Assembly: GCA_965223545.1 (NCBI GenBank)
Contig: OZ245006.1
Span: forward strand, 5,280,001-5,344,000
Reading direction: 5' to 3'
Length of the DNA: 64,000 nucleotides
DNA from: Planctomycetota bacterium
Lineage (GTDB): Bacteria > Planctomycetota > UBA1135 > UBA2386
A model generated the notes under the pieces. That model saw only the letters and a program-made list of their open reading frames with translations. It did not search any database and was not told where the DNA came from. The translations under genes and the position numbers were made by a program. Below, piece after piece: positions 1-9,002 of the stretch; position 1 is the first letter of the stretch; every line of letters starts with the position of its first letter.

Positions 1-1
1 G

Positions 2-1471
2 GACCTCGGCGCGGCTCTCGAGCAGCTCGAGCTGTGCCGCTCGCTGGTCGAGGAGACCGCCGAACCGGTCGACGTCAAGTGGGCCCAGGACAAGAAGCTG
101 GAGAAGGTCATCGGAGACCTGCGGACCTACATCGGCAACGCCGCGGCGCTGGAGCGCGTCGCTCGCGAGCTGGTGCTGGCCGGCGACTGGCGCCAGGCGC
201 GCGAGAAGCTGCTCGAGCTGACCAGCAAGTACGACATGACCGAGGTCGCCAAGCGGGCGCGCATCCCGGTGATGCTGACGTCGCGCCCGGCCGGCGCGGT
301 GATCGCGCAGGGCGGCAGGCCGCTGGTCAAGGTGGTGGACGGCGCGGAGGTCGAGCTGCGCACTCCCGCCGTGGTGTTCTGCCAACAAGAGATCGAAGAG
401 CGCTTCATGCTGCGGCACCCCGGCTTCAAGCCGGTGGTCGTCGACCTGCGGGCCGCCGAAGCGGCGGTCTCGCATCACGTGCTCAGCGTCGTGCCCGCCG
501 CGGTGATCGATTTCGGCGCGCCCGTGCAGACCGCACCCGGCGTGGGGCGCGATTACCTCGTCGCCGGTCTACAGGGTGGTCGTTTGGGAGTGGCGCGCAG
601 TGACGGCGGCGGCCGCCTGCCCGGCGTCCAACTCGAGGACCTGCGCGAAGTCGTGGGCCGCCCGGCCGTGGTCGGTGATCACTTCTACTTCCGCACCAAC
701 CAGTCCGAGATCGTCTGCCGACTCCTTTCGGGGCTGCAGCGCTGGGTGTCGGGCAACGGCGTCACCGCCGCTACCGATCCGGTCGTCGTCAACGGCCGCG
801 TGCTGTTCTTCGACATCGACGGTGGGCTGGTGTGCTTGGACGCCGACGACGGCAGCGAGTTCTGGCGGGCGACGATGCCGTCGCCGGCGGCCGGGCTGCC
901 GGCTGCCGAGGGGCGTCTGGTCCGGGTCGGAACCACCGCCGGCGAGCTGCTGCTGATCGACCTGGTGAGTGGCGCGGTCCTGCGGCAGTACTCGGGATTG
1001 CCCGGGTTCGGCTCGTCGCCGCTGTTGGCGCCCGCCCGGGTGGCCTACGGCACGGTCGAGGGTCGAGTCGCGCTGGTCGACGAAAAGCGCGGAGTCTTGA
1101 TCTGGAGCATGGACGTCGGGCGTACGCCTTCCACGGGTGAGATTGCCGTGGTCGGCGACAGCGTCGTGGTCCTCGCGCAGGGTGATCGGATCGTGCGCCT
1201 CAGCATGCTGGATGGCGCCGAGGCGGCTCAGTTCAAGCTGCCTGGTGCCCGGTTGTCCGGGCCCTTGGCAGTGGGGTCGCGGGTGTTCGTCACGGCGAGG
1301 GTCGTCGCGTCCGACCGCAGCCGGCAGGACGTGCTGATCGCCCTGGATGCGGAGACCATGCAGATCGCCTGGGAGTTCAGTGACGGTGGTCTGTTCCGGG
1401 GCCCGCTCGGGGCGGACGCAGAGTCCGTCTACCTGCCGGATTCCACGACGCGAGTCGTCCGATTCCAGTGA
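2..1471 (+). CDS. PQQ/BamB-like beta-propeller repeat protein (5' end lies outside the window)
   Basis: Frame is open from base 2 to TGA at 1471. Repeated propeller motifs such as 'LVCLDADDGSEFW', 'ALVDEKRGVLIW' and 'IALDAETMQIAW'. Confidence 0.75.
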   Translation, partial: DLGAALEQLELCRSLVEETAEPVDVKWAQDKKLEKVIGDLRTYIGNAAALERVARELVLAGDWRQAREKLLELTSKYDMTEVAKRARIPVMLTSRPAGAVIAQGGRPLVKVVDGAEVELRTPAVVFCQQEIEERFMLRHPGFKPVVVDLRAAEAAVSHHVLSVVPAAVIDFGAPVQTAPGVGRDYLVAGLQGGRLGVARSDGGGRLPGVQLEDLREVVGRPAVVGDHFYFRTNQSEIVCRLLSGLQRWVSGNGVTAATDPVVVNGRVLFFDIDGGLVCLDADDGSEFWRATMPSPAAGLPAAEGRLVRVGTTAGELLLIDLVSGAVLRQYSGLPGFGSSPLLAPARVAYGTVEGRVALVDEKRGVLIWSMDVGRTPSTGEIAVVGDSVVVLAQGDRIVRLSMLDGAEAAQFKLPGARLSGPLAVGSRVFVTARVVASDRSRQDVLIALDAETMQIAWEFSDGGLFRGPLGADAESVYLPDSTTRVVRFQ

Positions 1472-1566
1472 TGCGTGCGAATCCGCCGATAGTTCACTCG
1501 GCGTCGTGCCAACGGCGGTGTCTGCCGCCCGCGCGTCGCGGTCGAGCCCTTGTGACGGGAGTCTAG

Positions 1567-2688
1567 TTGGTCAAGCTGCTACAGCGCCTGAAGATCTGGC
1601 GAGAGCTCAAGCGCCTGGAGACCAAGGCGCGCGAGACGCCGTCCCCGACCACGTACGTGGATCTCGGCCAGGTCTACATCAACCTCGGCATGCACGATCA
1701 GACGTTGCGTGTGTCCGAGGAAGGGCTCGCGCTGTTCCCCGACTCGAAGGAGCTGCGCAAGCTCAACAACTTCGCGAAGAAGAGCCACCTCAAGACCCGG
1801 ATCAAGGAGCTGCGCACTCGGCTCAACAAGAGCCCCGACCCGGATCTGTACCGCGATCTCGCCGGGTTGTATCTCAACCTCGGCGACCACGGCGCCGTGC
1901 TCGGTACCTGCGAAGAGGGCGTCCGCCGGTTCCCGGACGACCCCGGCGCGTACTTGGTGATGGCGCGCGCGCGGTTGGAGGGCTTCTACCGCGACCTACG
2001 GGCGCACGATGGCATGGAGGCGGTGCGCTGCTTGGGCAAGGTCATCTCGCTCGAGCGCGACAACGCCCGGGCGCACAAGCTGATGGCCGAAGTGCTGTAT
2101 CGCGTCGGTGCGCTCAACCGCGCGGTGCACCACCTCAAGTTCTTGCGCGAGCTGGACTCGAGCGATTTCGAAGTCGAGGCGTTGTTCCGTCGTGCGGACG
2201 CCGAGGCCGACGGCGGGCAGAAAGAGGACGTCGACCAGCTGTTCCTCGAGGTCGAGGGGCGCCGGTTGCTGGCCCGCGGGCCGGTGGGAGAGCCGCCGCG
2301 CGATGCCAAGGGCGCCGCGCAGGACGCCGACGTCGGCTCGATCCGCGACTCGCTGGGCAGCATCGCGGAGATCCCCGGCGTCATCAAGGCGACCTACATC
2401 AAGGGTGCCAAGGCGTTGGTGAAGGGCCGGATCAAGAACGGCAAGGATCCGTTCCTCAAGTTGTCGCGCGTCGTGAGTCAGGCGGCGCAGCGGTCGTGCA
2501 AGCGGATGGATCTCGGCAACTTCTCCAAGGGTGTGGTCGACGGCGACTTCGGTCACGTCTGCATCTGCTGCTACGGAGACGTGGTCGCGGCGGTGCTGTG
2601 CACGTCCAACACCCCGCTCTCTCGGGTGATGAACGACCTGCAGGAGCTGGTCGCCAAGTCTCTCTACACCGCTGAGGTTGCCGGCTGA
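1567..2688 (+). CDS. TPR-repeat protein with C-terminal roadblock/LC7-like domain
   Basis: Helical TPR-like repeats ('YVDLGQVYINLG', 'YRDLAGLYLNLG', 'AHKLMAEVLYRVG'). The C-terminal ~120 aa ('LGSIAEIPGVIKATYI...') resemble a roadblock fold. Its stop overlaps the next start. Confidence 0.7.
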   Translation: MVKLLQRLKIWRELKRLETKARETPSPTTYVDLGQVYINLGMHDQTLRVSEEGLALFPDSKELRKLNNFAKKSHLKTRIKELRTRLNKSPDPDLYRDLAGLYLNLGDHGAVLGTCEEGVRRFPDDPGAYLVMARARLEGFYRDLRAHDGMEAVRCLGKVISLERDNARAHKLMAEVLYRVGALNRAVHHLKFLRELDSSDFEVEALFRRADAEADGGQKEDVDQLFLEVEGRRLLARGPVGEPPRDAKGAAQDADVGSIRDSLGSIAEIPGVIKATYIKGAKALVKGRIKNGKDPFLKLSRVVSQAAQRSCKRMDLGNFSKGVVDGDFGHVCICCYGDVVAAVLCTSNTPLSRVMNDLQELVAKSLYTAEVAG

Positions 2689-3053
2689 TGAGTCAAATCG
2701 CCAAGATCCTGCAGAAGATGGGCGATGTCGACGGCATCAAGGGAACCGCAGTGCTGACCGGCGATGGCATCATGGTCGCCAGCACGCTCGGCGAGGAGTT
2801 CCTGGACGACGTCGTCGCCGGGCTGAGCTCATTCTTGATCACCACGACCCGCCGCTCGCTGGGCGAGGCGGGCATGCCGACGGCGTTCTCCCGCTTCACG
2901 CTGAACTCGACGCACGGCAAGGTCGTGCTCGTCGAGCTGGGTGAGGCGTTCCTGGTTGTGATCACCAACCAGTTCGCAGATCTCGACCGCTGCTACGTGG
3001 ACATCGACGCCGCGGCGAAGAAGCTGCGCAAAGTGTCCAAGATCCAGGTCTGA
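2688..3053 (+). CDS. Roadblock/LC7 domain protein (MglB/MglC-like)
   Basis: 'DVDGIKGTAVLTGDGIMVAS' roadblock signature; 121 aa; next to mglA. Confidence 0.85.
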   Translation: MSQIAKILQKMGDVDGIKGTAVLTGDGIMVASTLGEEFLDDVVAGLSSFLITTTRRSLGEAGMPTAFSRFTLNSTHGKVVLVELGEAFLVVITNQFADLDRCYVDIDAAAKKLRKVSKIQV

Positions 3054-3296
3054 GACACGGCGGGCGTGCTCCCCGGCGCCGCATCCCGCACGGGGGGCGG
3101 CCTGCGGGTCGACCGCACCGTCCCGTCGTCGGCGCGGTCGAGTGTCGATTTGTGACGATCTGAGCGCGGCACCGCGAAGTGCCCTCAAGACGAGTCGCGC
3201 GAAAGACCGAAGAGGACCGCAGGTCACCGCAGGCCGGCTGTTCGGTCCGCATCACCGTGGGAATCGGGGCGGTGTGCCTGCAGGAGCAGGACAAGC

Positions 3297-4274
3297 ATGG
3301 TTCAGATCAACTTCGCTCTGAAGGAAGTCAACTGCAAGATCGTGTTCTACGGTCCGGGCATGAGTGGCAAGACCACCAACCTCGAGATCGTGCACCAGAA
3401 AGCGCCCGAGGAGAACAAGGGCGAGTTGACGTCTATCTCAACGGACGGCGACCGGACGCTGTTTTTCGACTTCATGCCTCTCGACCTCGGCAACGTGGCC
3501 GGGATGCGCACGAAGTTCCAGCTGTACACGGTTCCCGGCCAGGTCTACTACAACTCGACGCGCAAGCTCGTGCTGCAAGGTGTCGACGGCGTCATCTTCG
3601 TCGCGGATTCGGATCCCGAGAAGATGCCGGAGAACATCGAGAGCTACGACAACCTGATCGAGAACCTCCGCGAGTACGGCAAGGACATCCGCGAGCTTCC
3701 GCACGTCCTGCAGTACAACAAGCGCGACTTGCCGGGGGCGCTGTCCGTCGAGGAGATGGACCGGCAGCTCAACAAGTTCAGCGTGCCGACGTTCGAGGCG
3801 GTGGCGACGACGGGTGAGGGCGTCTTCCCGACGCTCAAGGTGCTGGCCGGCCTCGTGCTGGAGAGCATCGACCGGATGGACAACCGGCGCCCGACGCCGA
3901 AGCCCGCTGCCAAGCCGCAGGCCGCTGCGGCGCGCGCCGAAGGCGCGCCGGCGCAGGGTGGCCAGCAGCCGCAGCGGCGTCGCAAGCCGCAGCCCGGCGG
4001 CAAGGGCCAGGGCCAGCAGCGGCGCAAGGGCCAGGGCGGCGGCCAGCAGCGCCAACGTCCGACCCGCCAGGCGGCAGGCCAGCGCGGGGGGCGGAGCGCG
4101 CCGCAGCGCAAGGGCGGTCAGCGCGACGGCGGCAGCCGGCAGCGCCAGCGCCCGAACAAGAGCGAGGCGAGCTCGGGGCGCAGCGGCGGTGTGGCGATGG
4201 CGGTGGTCTTGACGTTGTTCTTGGCCGGGGCCGTTGCCGGGGCAGTCTTCTTCTTCATGCAGCAGCAGGGGTGA
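3297..4274 (+). CDS. mglA: MglA-family small GTPase with low-complexity linker and C-terminal hydrophobic helix
   Basis: 'KIVFYGPGMSGKTT' (G1), 'RTLFFDF', 'LYTVPGQVYY' (G3) and 'QYNKRD' (G4) match the Myxococcus MglA family. AGGA upstream. Confidence 0.92.
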   Translation: MVQINFALKEVNCKIVFYGPGMSGKTTNLEIVHQKAPEENKGELTSISTDGDRTLFFDFMPLDLGNVAGMRTKFQLYTVPGQVYYNSTRKLVLQGVDGVIFVADSDPEKMPENIESYDNLIENLREYGKDIRELPHVLQYNKRDLPGALSVEEMDRQLNKFSVPTFEAVATTGEGVFPTLKVLAGLVLESIDRMDNRRPTPKPAAKPQAAAARAEGAPAQGGQQPQRRRKPQPGGKGQGQQRRKGQGGGQQRQRPTRQAAGQRGGRSAPQRKGGQRDGGSRQRQRPNKSEASSGRSGGVAMAVVLTLFLAGAVAGAVFFFMQQQG

Positions 4275-4278
4275 TCGG

Positions 4279-4800
4279 ATGTCTGGCAACGGCATGAGTG
4301 CGAATGAGCGTTTGCGCCACGATCGGCTCACCTTCTACAAGGAGGACATCGATCAGATCGACAAGCTGCTCAACGAGTTCCTGCGTCTGTCGGGGGCCAA
4401 GTGCGCCGTTCTGATCGACAAGGAAGGCCACCTCGTCACCAGAGCGGGCGAGGTCAACACCGTCGACATGGACACGATCTCCGCGCTGGTCGCGGGATCG
4501 TTCGCCGCCACCAAGGAGATGGCCCGCCTGCTCGGCGAGGACGAGTTCTCCGCACTGTTCCACCAGGGTGAGCGGGACAACATCCAGCTGTCGCTGGTCG
4601 GCGACCGGACGTTGCTGACGATCTTGTTCGACGAGCGCACGACGATCGGCATGGTGCGGCTGTACGCGAGCGAGACCGCGAAGAAGCTGGCGACCATCTA
4701 CGAGCAGGCGCAGCGGCGCAGCGACGAGGGCGGCGGCCCCGAGCTCGACTCGGAGTACGGCGACGACGCCAAGCGGAAGCTGGAGAACCTGTTCGACTGA
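4279..4800 (+). CDS. mglB: MglB (roadblock-fold GAP of MglA)
   Basis: 'AKCAVLIDKEGHLV', 'SALVAGSFAAT', 'LLGEDEFSALFHQGERDNI' and a C-terminal 'LENLFD' helix are characteristic of MglB. Confidence 0.9.
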   Translation: MSGNGMSANERLRHDRLTFYKEDIDQIDKLLNEFLRLSGAKCAVLIDKEGHLVTRAGEVNTVDMDTISALVAGSFAATKEMARLLGEDEFSALFHQGERDNIQLSLVGDRTLLTILFDERTTIGMVRLYASETAKKLATIYEQAQRRSDEGGGPELDSEYGDDAKRKLENLFD

Positions 4801-4958
4801 TCGCGCGCGCACGCCGAGGTCGCGTGTCGTGTTTGCCGGCGGCGCACCCATCACGGGTGCGCCGTTGTCGTGTACGCCGCCGTTGTCATCCGCGCCGATG
4901 ACACTCGCACGAGGAGTGCGGCCAAAGCTGCACGGGCGGCTGCGTCGTTGCCAGGTCG

Positions 4959-5013
4959 GCGGCGTCGCCTCGAGAGTGTTGTCGCTGCTCGACGATTCGC
5001 GGCACCGGAGGCT
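4959..5013 (-). repeat. Dispersed intergenic repeat (inverted copy of 19605-19659)
   Basis: The reverse complement matches 19605-19659 at 49/55 positions by manual alignment. Confidence 0.8.
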
Positions 5014-5318
5014 TCGAGCGCCGTTCGTGCGCTCGAATCGCGCAAGAAAAAAAGAGAAAACCGCATGTTGGGACGCGGTTGGAGCGAATTGCTCATTCTC
5101 TCGTTCGGCACGCCACGGATAGCGGTCTGAGTAGCGATTCGCAAAGTTCGTCCCGAATGCGGGATCGCGTTATCCCCCGGCCACTGCGAGATTTCGGTGA
5201 ATCTCGCATGTGTTGGTGACGATTTACCGGGAGATGGGCGTGGCATCGGCGGCGTGCCGTCCACGCAGGCCCGCTCCGGGCCACCCCAACTCTGAAACCA
5301 GAACAGAGGACCGAGCGA

Positions 5319-5666
5319 ATGGCTGCTAAGAAGAAGGCGACCAAGAAGAAGACCGCCCGCAAGGCGACCAAGAGGAAGGCGACCAAGCGGAAAGCGGCGA
5401 AGAAGAAGGCCACCAAGAAGAAAGCGACCAAGAAGAAGGCCGCCAAGAAGAAGGTGACCAAGAAGAAGGCGAAGAAGAAGGCCAAGAAGAAGGCCACGCG
5501 CAAGAAGGCCACGAAGAAGAAGGCCACCAAGAAGAAGGCCAAGAAGAAGGCCACGCGCAAGAAGGCTGCGAAGAAGAAGACCACCAAGAAGAAGGCCAAG
5601 AAGAAGGCCAAGAAGAAGGCAACTCGCAAGAAGGCCACCAAGAAGCGGGCGACTCGTCGGGCCTGA
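5319..5666 (+). CDS. Histone H1-like lysine/alanine-rich nucleoid protein
   Basis: 115 aa made almost entirely of KKKAT/KKKAA/KKKAK repeats; GAGGA RBS upstream. Confidence 0.85.
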   Translation: MAAKKKATKKKTARKATKRKATKRKAAKKKATKKKATKKKAAKKKVTKKKAKKKAKKKATRKKATKKKATKKKAKKKATRKKAAKKKTTKKKAKKKAKKKATRKKATKKRATRRA

Positions 5667-5747
5667 TCGCCCGAGTCCGCCCATCGCTCGTCGTGCCCGG
5701 GAGTTGCGCCTGGGCAGCGGCGGGGCGGGTGGTGGAAACGACCGAGT

Positions 5748-5773
5748 GCGGGAGTGGCGACGGCCACTCCCGC
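5748..5773. terminator. GC-rich hairpin between convergent genes
   Basis: GCGGGAGTGGC-GACG-GCCACTCCCGC perfect stem, between the H1-like gene and metG. Confidence 0.45.
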
Positions 5774-5825
5774 CGCCGTTTAAGCACCGCCGACTTCGGG
5801 CGCCCGTTGGGGGGCGTCGCCGGGT

Positions 5826-7901
5826 CTATTTCACCCGGTCGCCGTCCGGGGTCTTGGCGGCGGGAGCGAGCAACAGCGGGCGTCCGTCGGCGTCTTCGGT
5901 GGTCAGCACCATGCCGTGCGACGCGATACCGCGCAGCTTTCGGGGCGCCAGGTTGGCGACCACGGTGACCCGCTTGCCCACCAGCTCTTCCGGGGCGTAA
6001 GCCTCGGCCAGCCCCGACACGATCTCGCGCTGCTCCGCGCCCAGGTCGACGGTCAGCACCAGGAGTCGATCGGCCTTGGGGTGCTTGGCGGCGCTGCGCA
6101 CCGTGCCGGCGCGCAAGTCGGTGGCGGCGAACGTGTCGAACGCGATCTCGGGCGCGAAGGCCTCCACGGCCGGCACCCGGTCTTTCGTCGCTGGCGTCGC
6201 GGCGGTGGCCGCCGCCGCCAAGTCGCGCAAGCGGGCGCGCTCGGCCTCGATCTCCTCGTCCGCGACCTTCGGAAACAGGACCGGCACCGCGCCGACGTGC
6301 AACGGTCCCTCGGCCAGCCGGGCCCCGCCGGCGTCGCCCAGCAGGGGCTCGCCTTGCACGCCGAGCGCGTCGAGCAAGGTGCGCGCGGTGCGCGGGAGGA
6401 CCGGAGCCCACAGGATTGCCAGGCTGCGGATCAGCTCGGCACAGACTCGCAGTGTCTGGCCGCAGCGCTCGGGCGACGTCTTTCGCGTCGCCCATGGCTG
6501 TTCCTGGTCGTAGAACCGATTGCAGTCGGCGCCGAGGGCCATGAGCCGCTGGCACGCGCGGCGGAACTGGAACTTGTGCAACAGTCCTTGCACTTCGACG
6601 GCGGCGCTCTCGGTCGCGCCGAGGATCGCGGCCTCGGCTGCGGACAGCGGGCCCAGCGGCGGCAGGATCCCATCGGTGAAGCGCTCGGCGAACCGCAGGG
6701 TGCGAGAGACGAAGTTGCCGAGGTTGTCGGCCAGCTCGCCATTGACGCGCGCCTGGAACTCGGTCCACGACCAGTCCGAGTCGGCGGTCTCGGGCATCAT
6801 GGCCGTCAGGGCGTAGCGCAGGGCGTCGGCCGGCACGCGCCACGCCAGGCTGTCCGCCGGGATGTACCAGCCGCGCGACGTGTTGAACTTGCTGCCCTCG
6901 AGGTTGAAGAACTCGTTGGCCGGCACGTTCTCCGGCACCACCCAGCCCGCCTTGCTCCCCCAGAGCATCGACGGGAACACGACCACGTGGAAGGTGATGT
7001 TGTCCTTGCCGATGAAGTGGTAGAGCTTGGTGTCCGGCGACTTCCAGAGCTGCTCGAACTCCGCCGCGCGGCCGCGCTCGGCGAAGTACTGCTGGCTCAT
7101 CGAGAGGTAGCCGATCGGGGCGTCGAACCAGACGTAGAGCACCTTGCCGTCGGTGTCGGGCAGCGGCACCGGCACCCCCCAAGGAAGGTCACGCGTGATC
7201 GGGCGTTCGCGGAGATCGCCGAGCGCTGCCTCGACGAAGTTCTGCACGTTGTCCTTCCATTGGCCGCGCTTGCCTTCGAACCAGCCCTGCAACCACTCAT
7301 CGCGGATTCGCGCCAGATCGAGATACCAGTGCCGACTCTCGCGCAGCACCGGAGGTTGGCCGTCCAATGTGCTTCTGGGCTCGATCAGCTTGCGCGCGTC
7401 GAGCCAGGAACCGCACTTGGGGCACTCGTCGCCGCGGGCGGCCGGATGCTGGCAGACGTAGCAAGTGCCCTCGATGTAGCGGTCGGGCAGGAAGCGCTCG
7501 AGCGTCGGGCTGTAGTACTGCTCCTCGGTGCGATCGAACACGTAGCCGTTCCGCCGTAGGTCCTCGAACATCTCCTGGCACAGAGGCCGGTGGTACGGAT
7601 TCCGGTGGTGGCCGGTGCCGGAGAAGATGTCGAACTCGATGCCGACCGCCTGCAGGGTGCGCAGGATCTCGGTGTGCCAGTGGTCGACGTAGGCCTCGTA
7701 GCCCTGTCCGGCTTGCTCGGCCTTGAGCGTGATCGCGACGCCGTGCTCGTCGGTGCCGCAGACGTAGTGCACGTCGTCACCGCACATGCGGCGAAAGCGC
7801 ACGTAGATGTCGGCGGGCAGGTAGGCGCCGACGACTTGGCCGAAGTGCACGGGCCCGTTGGCGTAGGGCAAGGCGCTGGTGACGATGATCTTCTCCGGCA
7901 T
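5826..7901 (-). CDS. metG: Methionine--tRNA ligase with C-terminal tRNA-binding domain
   Basis: 'TSALPYANGPVHFGQ', 'GTDEHG', Zn knuckle, 'LYVWFDAPIGY', 'FIGKDNI', and a C-terminal 'DLRAG...NLAPRKLRG..SHGM' domain. Confidence 0.97.
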   Translation of the reverse strand: MPEKIIVTSALPYANGPVHFGQVVGAYLPADIYVRFRRMCGDDVHYVCGTDEHGVAITLKAEQAGQGYEAYVDHWHTEILRTLQAVGIEFDIFSGTGHHRNPYHRPLCQEMFEDLRRNGYVFDRTEEQYYSPTLERFLPDRYIEGTCYVCQHPAARGDECPKCGSWLDARKLIEPRSTLDGQPPVLRESRHWYLDLARIRDEWLQGWFEGKRGQWKDNVQNFVEAALGDLRERPITRDLPWGVPVPLPDTDGKVLYVWFDAPIGYLSMSQQYFAERGRAAEFEQLWKSPDTKLYHFIGKDNITFHVVVFPSMLWGSKAGWVVPENVPANEFFNLEGSKFNTSRGWYIPADSLAWRVPADALRYALTAMMPETADSDWSWTEFQARVNGELADNLGNFVSRTLRFAERFTDGILPPLGPLSAAEAAILGATESAAVEVQGLLHKFQFRRACQRLMALGADCNRFYDQEQPWATRKTSPERCGQTLRVCAELIRSLAILWAPVLPRTARTLLDALGVQGEPLLGDAGGARLAEGPLHVGAVPVLFPKVADEEIEAERARLRDLAAAATAATPATKDRVPAVEAFAPEIAFDTFAATDLRAGTVRSAAKHPKADRLLVLTVDLGAEQREIVSGLAEAYAPEELVGKRVTVVANLAPRKLRGIASHGMVLTTEDADGRPLLLAPAAKTPDGDRVK

Positions 7902-7971
7902 CCCGGGACCATACGCCAGCGCCCCTGCCGCCGGGAGCGAGTTTCCGCTCTGGCCCGGGTGCGACGGCCGC

Positions 7972-8904
7972 TCAGTCGCGAGCGGGTGACCGCGGTGCGG
8001 GCTGCGCCAGGCTCGGCAGCTTGTCGAAGCGCAGATACAGGCTGGACACCGCCACCGCGGCAGTGGGCGCGAGGAGCAGTAGGTTGAAGAACGGCGTCAG
8101 CAGCGCGACCTGGAAGGCGAGTCCGAAGCCGAGCGCGCGCGGCCAGTTGCGGCGCACGGTGCGCACGCGTTGCTCGATGCTCGCTCCGCGGCGGGCGAAC
8201 GGCAGCTCGAACCACAGCAGTGCGTTGAGGAACGCGCTCGCGCAGAGCGCGACCGCCAGCCCGAGGTGGCAGAATGAGAGCAGCACGCAAGGCACCAGCA
8301 CGACCAGCTGCATCGCCAGGACCTGCGCAGAGGCCCGGACGTTGGCGGTGATGCCGGTCAGACCGCGCGGCGCCGCGGAGGCGGTGCTGCCGATCCCCAT
8401 CGAGCGCTCGACGGCCTCGGCCAGCGGCTCGAGGAACGGCGCGGTCAGCGTCTGCAGCACCGCCGGCACGATCAGCACGGCGAGCACGACGGTGAGGACG
8501 AACGGCTGGGTGCCGCGCGCGAAGCCGAGGCTGTCGCGCGCAGGCTCCAGCCACCCCCAGTCGCTGGCCGCCAGCCAATGCGCCAGCGGCACCAGTCCCC
8601 ACCAGACGCCGGCGGCGATGACCGCCATCGCCGCCGCGTTGGTGGCGCCCGCCGCTCCGAGTCGGCCGAAGAACTCCGGCCGGGTCAGCAGCCGAATGGC
8701 GGACAGCCAGAACTCGGCGAATCCCTGCACCAGGTCGAGCGGGGCGAGCCGCCGGCCCGGCCGCACCGGGGGGCCGAGCGGTGTCTCCAGAACCTGCCCG
8801 CCACAACGCGCGCAGGGCGCCGGGCCGCGGGGATAGCCGCACGCCAGGCAGGGTGGATCGCCTGGAGCGGGCTCTGGGTCCGGGGTTCGTTCCGCGGTCG
8901 CCAC
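7972..8904 (-). CDS. EI24/CysZ-like membrane protein with N-terminal CxxC..CxxC zinc ribbon
   Basis: 'APFLEPLAEAVE', several TM segments, 'TPFFNLLLL', and N-terminal 'CLACGYP...CARCG'. Confidence 0.7.
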   Translation of the reverse strand: MATAERTPDPEPAPGDPPCLACGYPRGPAPCARCGGQVLETPLGPPVRPGRRLAPLDLVQGFAEFWLSAIRLLTRPEFFGRLGAAGATNAAAMAVIAAGVWWGLVPLAHWLAASDWGWLEPARDSLGFARGTQPFVLTVVLAVLIVPAVLQTLTAPFLEPLAEAVERSMGIGSTASAAPRGLTGITANVRASAQVLAMQLVVLVPCVLLSFCHLGLAVALCASAFLNALLWFELPFARRGASIEQRVRTVRRNWPRALGFGLAFQVALLTPFFNLLLLAPTAAVAVSSLYLRFDKLPSLAQPAPRSPARD

Positions 8905-9002
8905 GGCGTGGAATGCTACTCGTCGGGTCGGGCTGGCACGGCTTCCTTCCGACCGTTGGCTTCCCTATCCTGCGCTCCTTTTTCTGTTCACGGTCGTTAC
9001 GA

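Noticed and set aside
5030..5318. Riboswitch in the leader of the H1-like gene
   Set aside because: Hairpins are present, but I could not match the conserved core of any known riboswitch; an Rfam search is needed.
4851..5767. Hydrophobic minus-strand ORFs (FFLA/LLLG repeats) resembling membrane proteins
   Set aside because: These are antisense shadows of the AAG-rich H1-like gene, which has the RBS.
8934..8950. Sigma-54 promoter upstream of the acyl-CoA dehydrogenase
   Set aside because: TGGCACG is present but the -12 TTGC element is missing at the required spacing.
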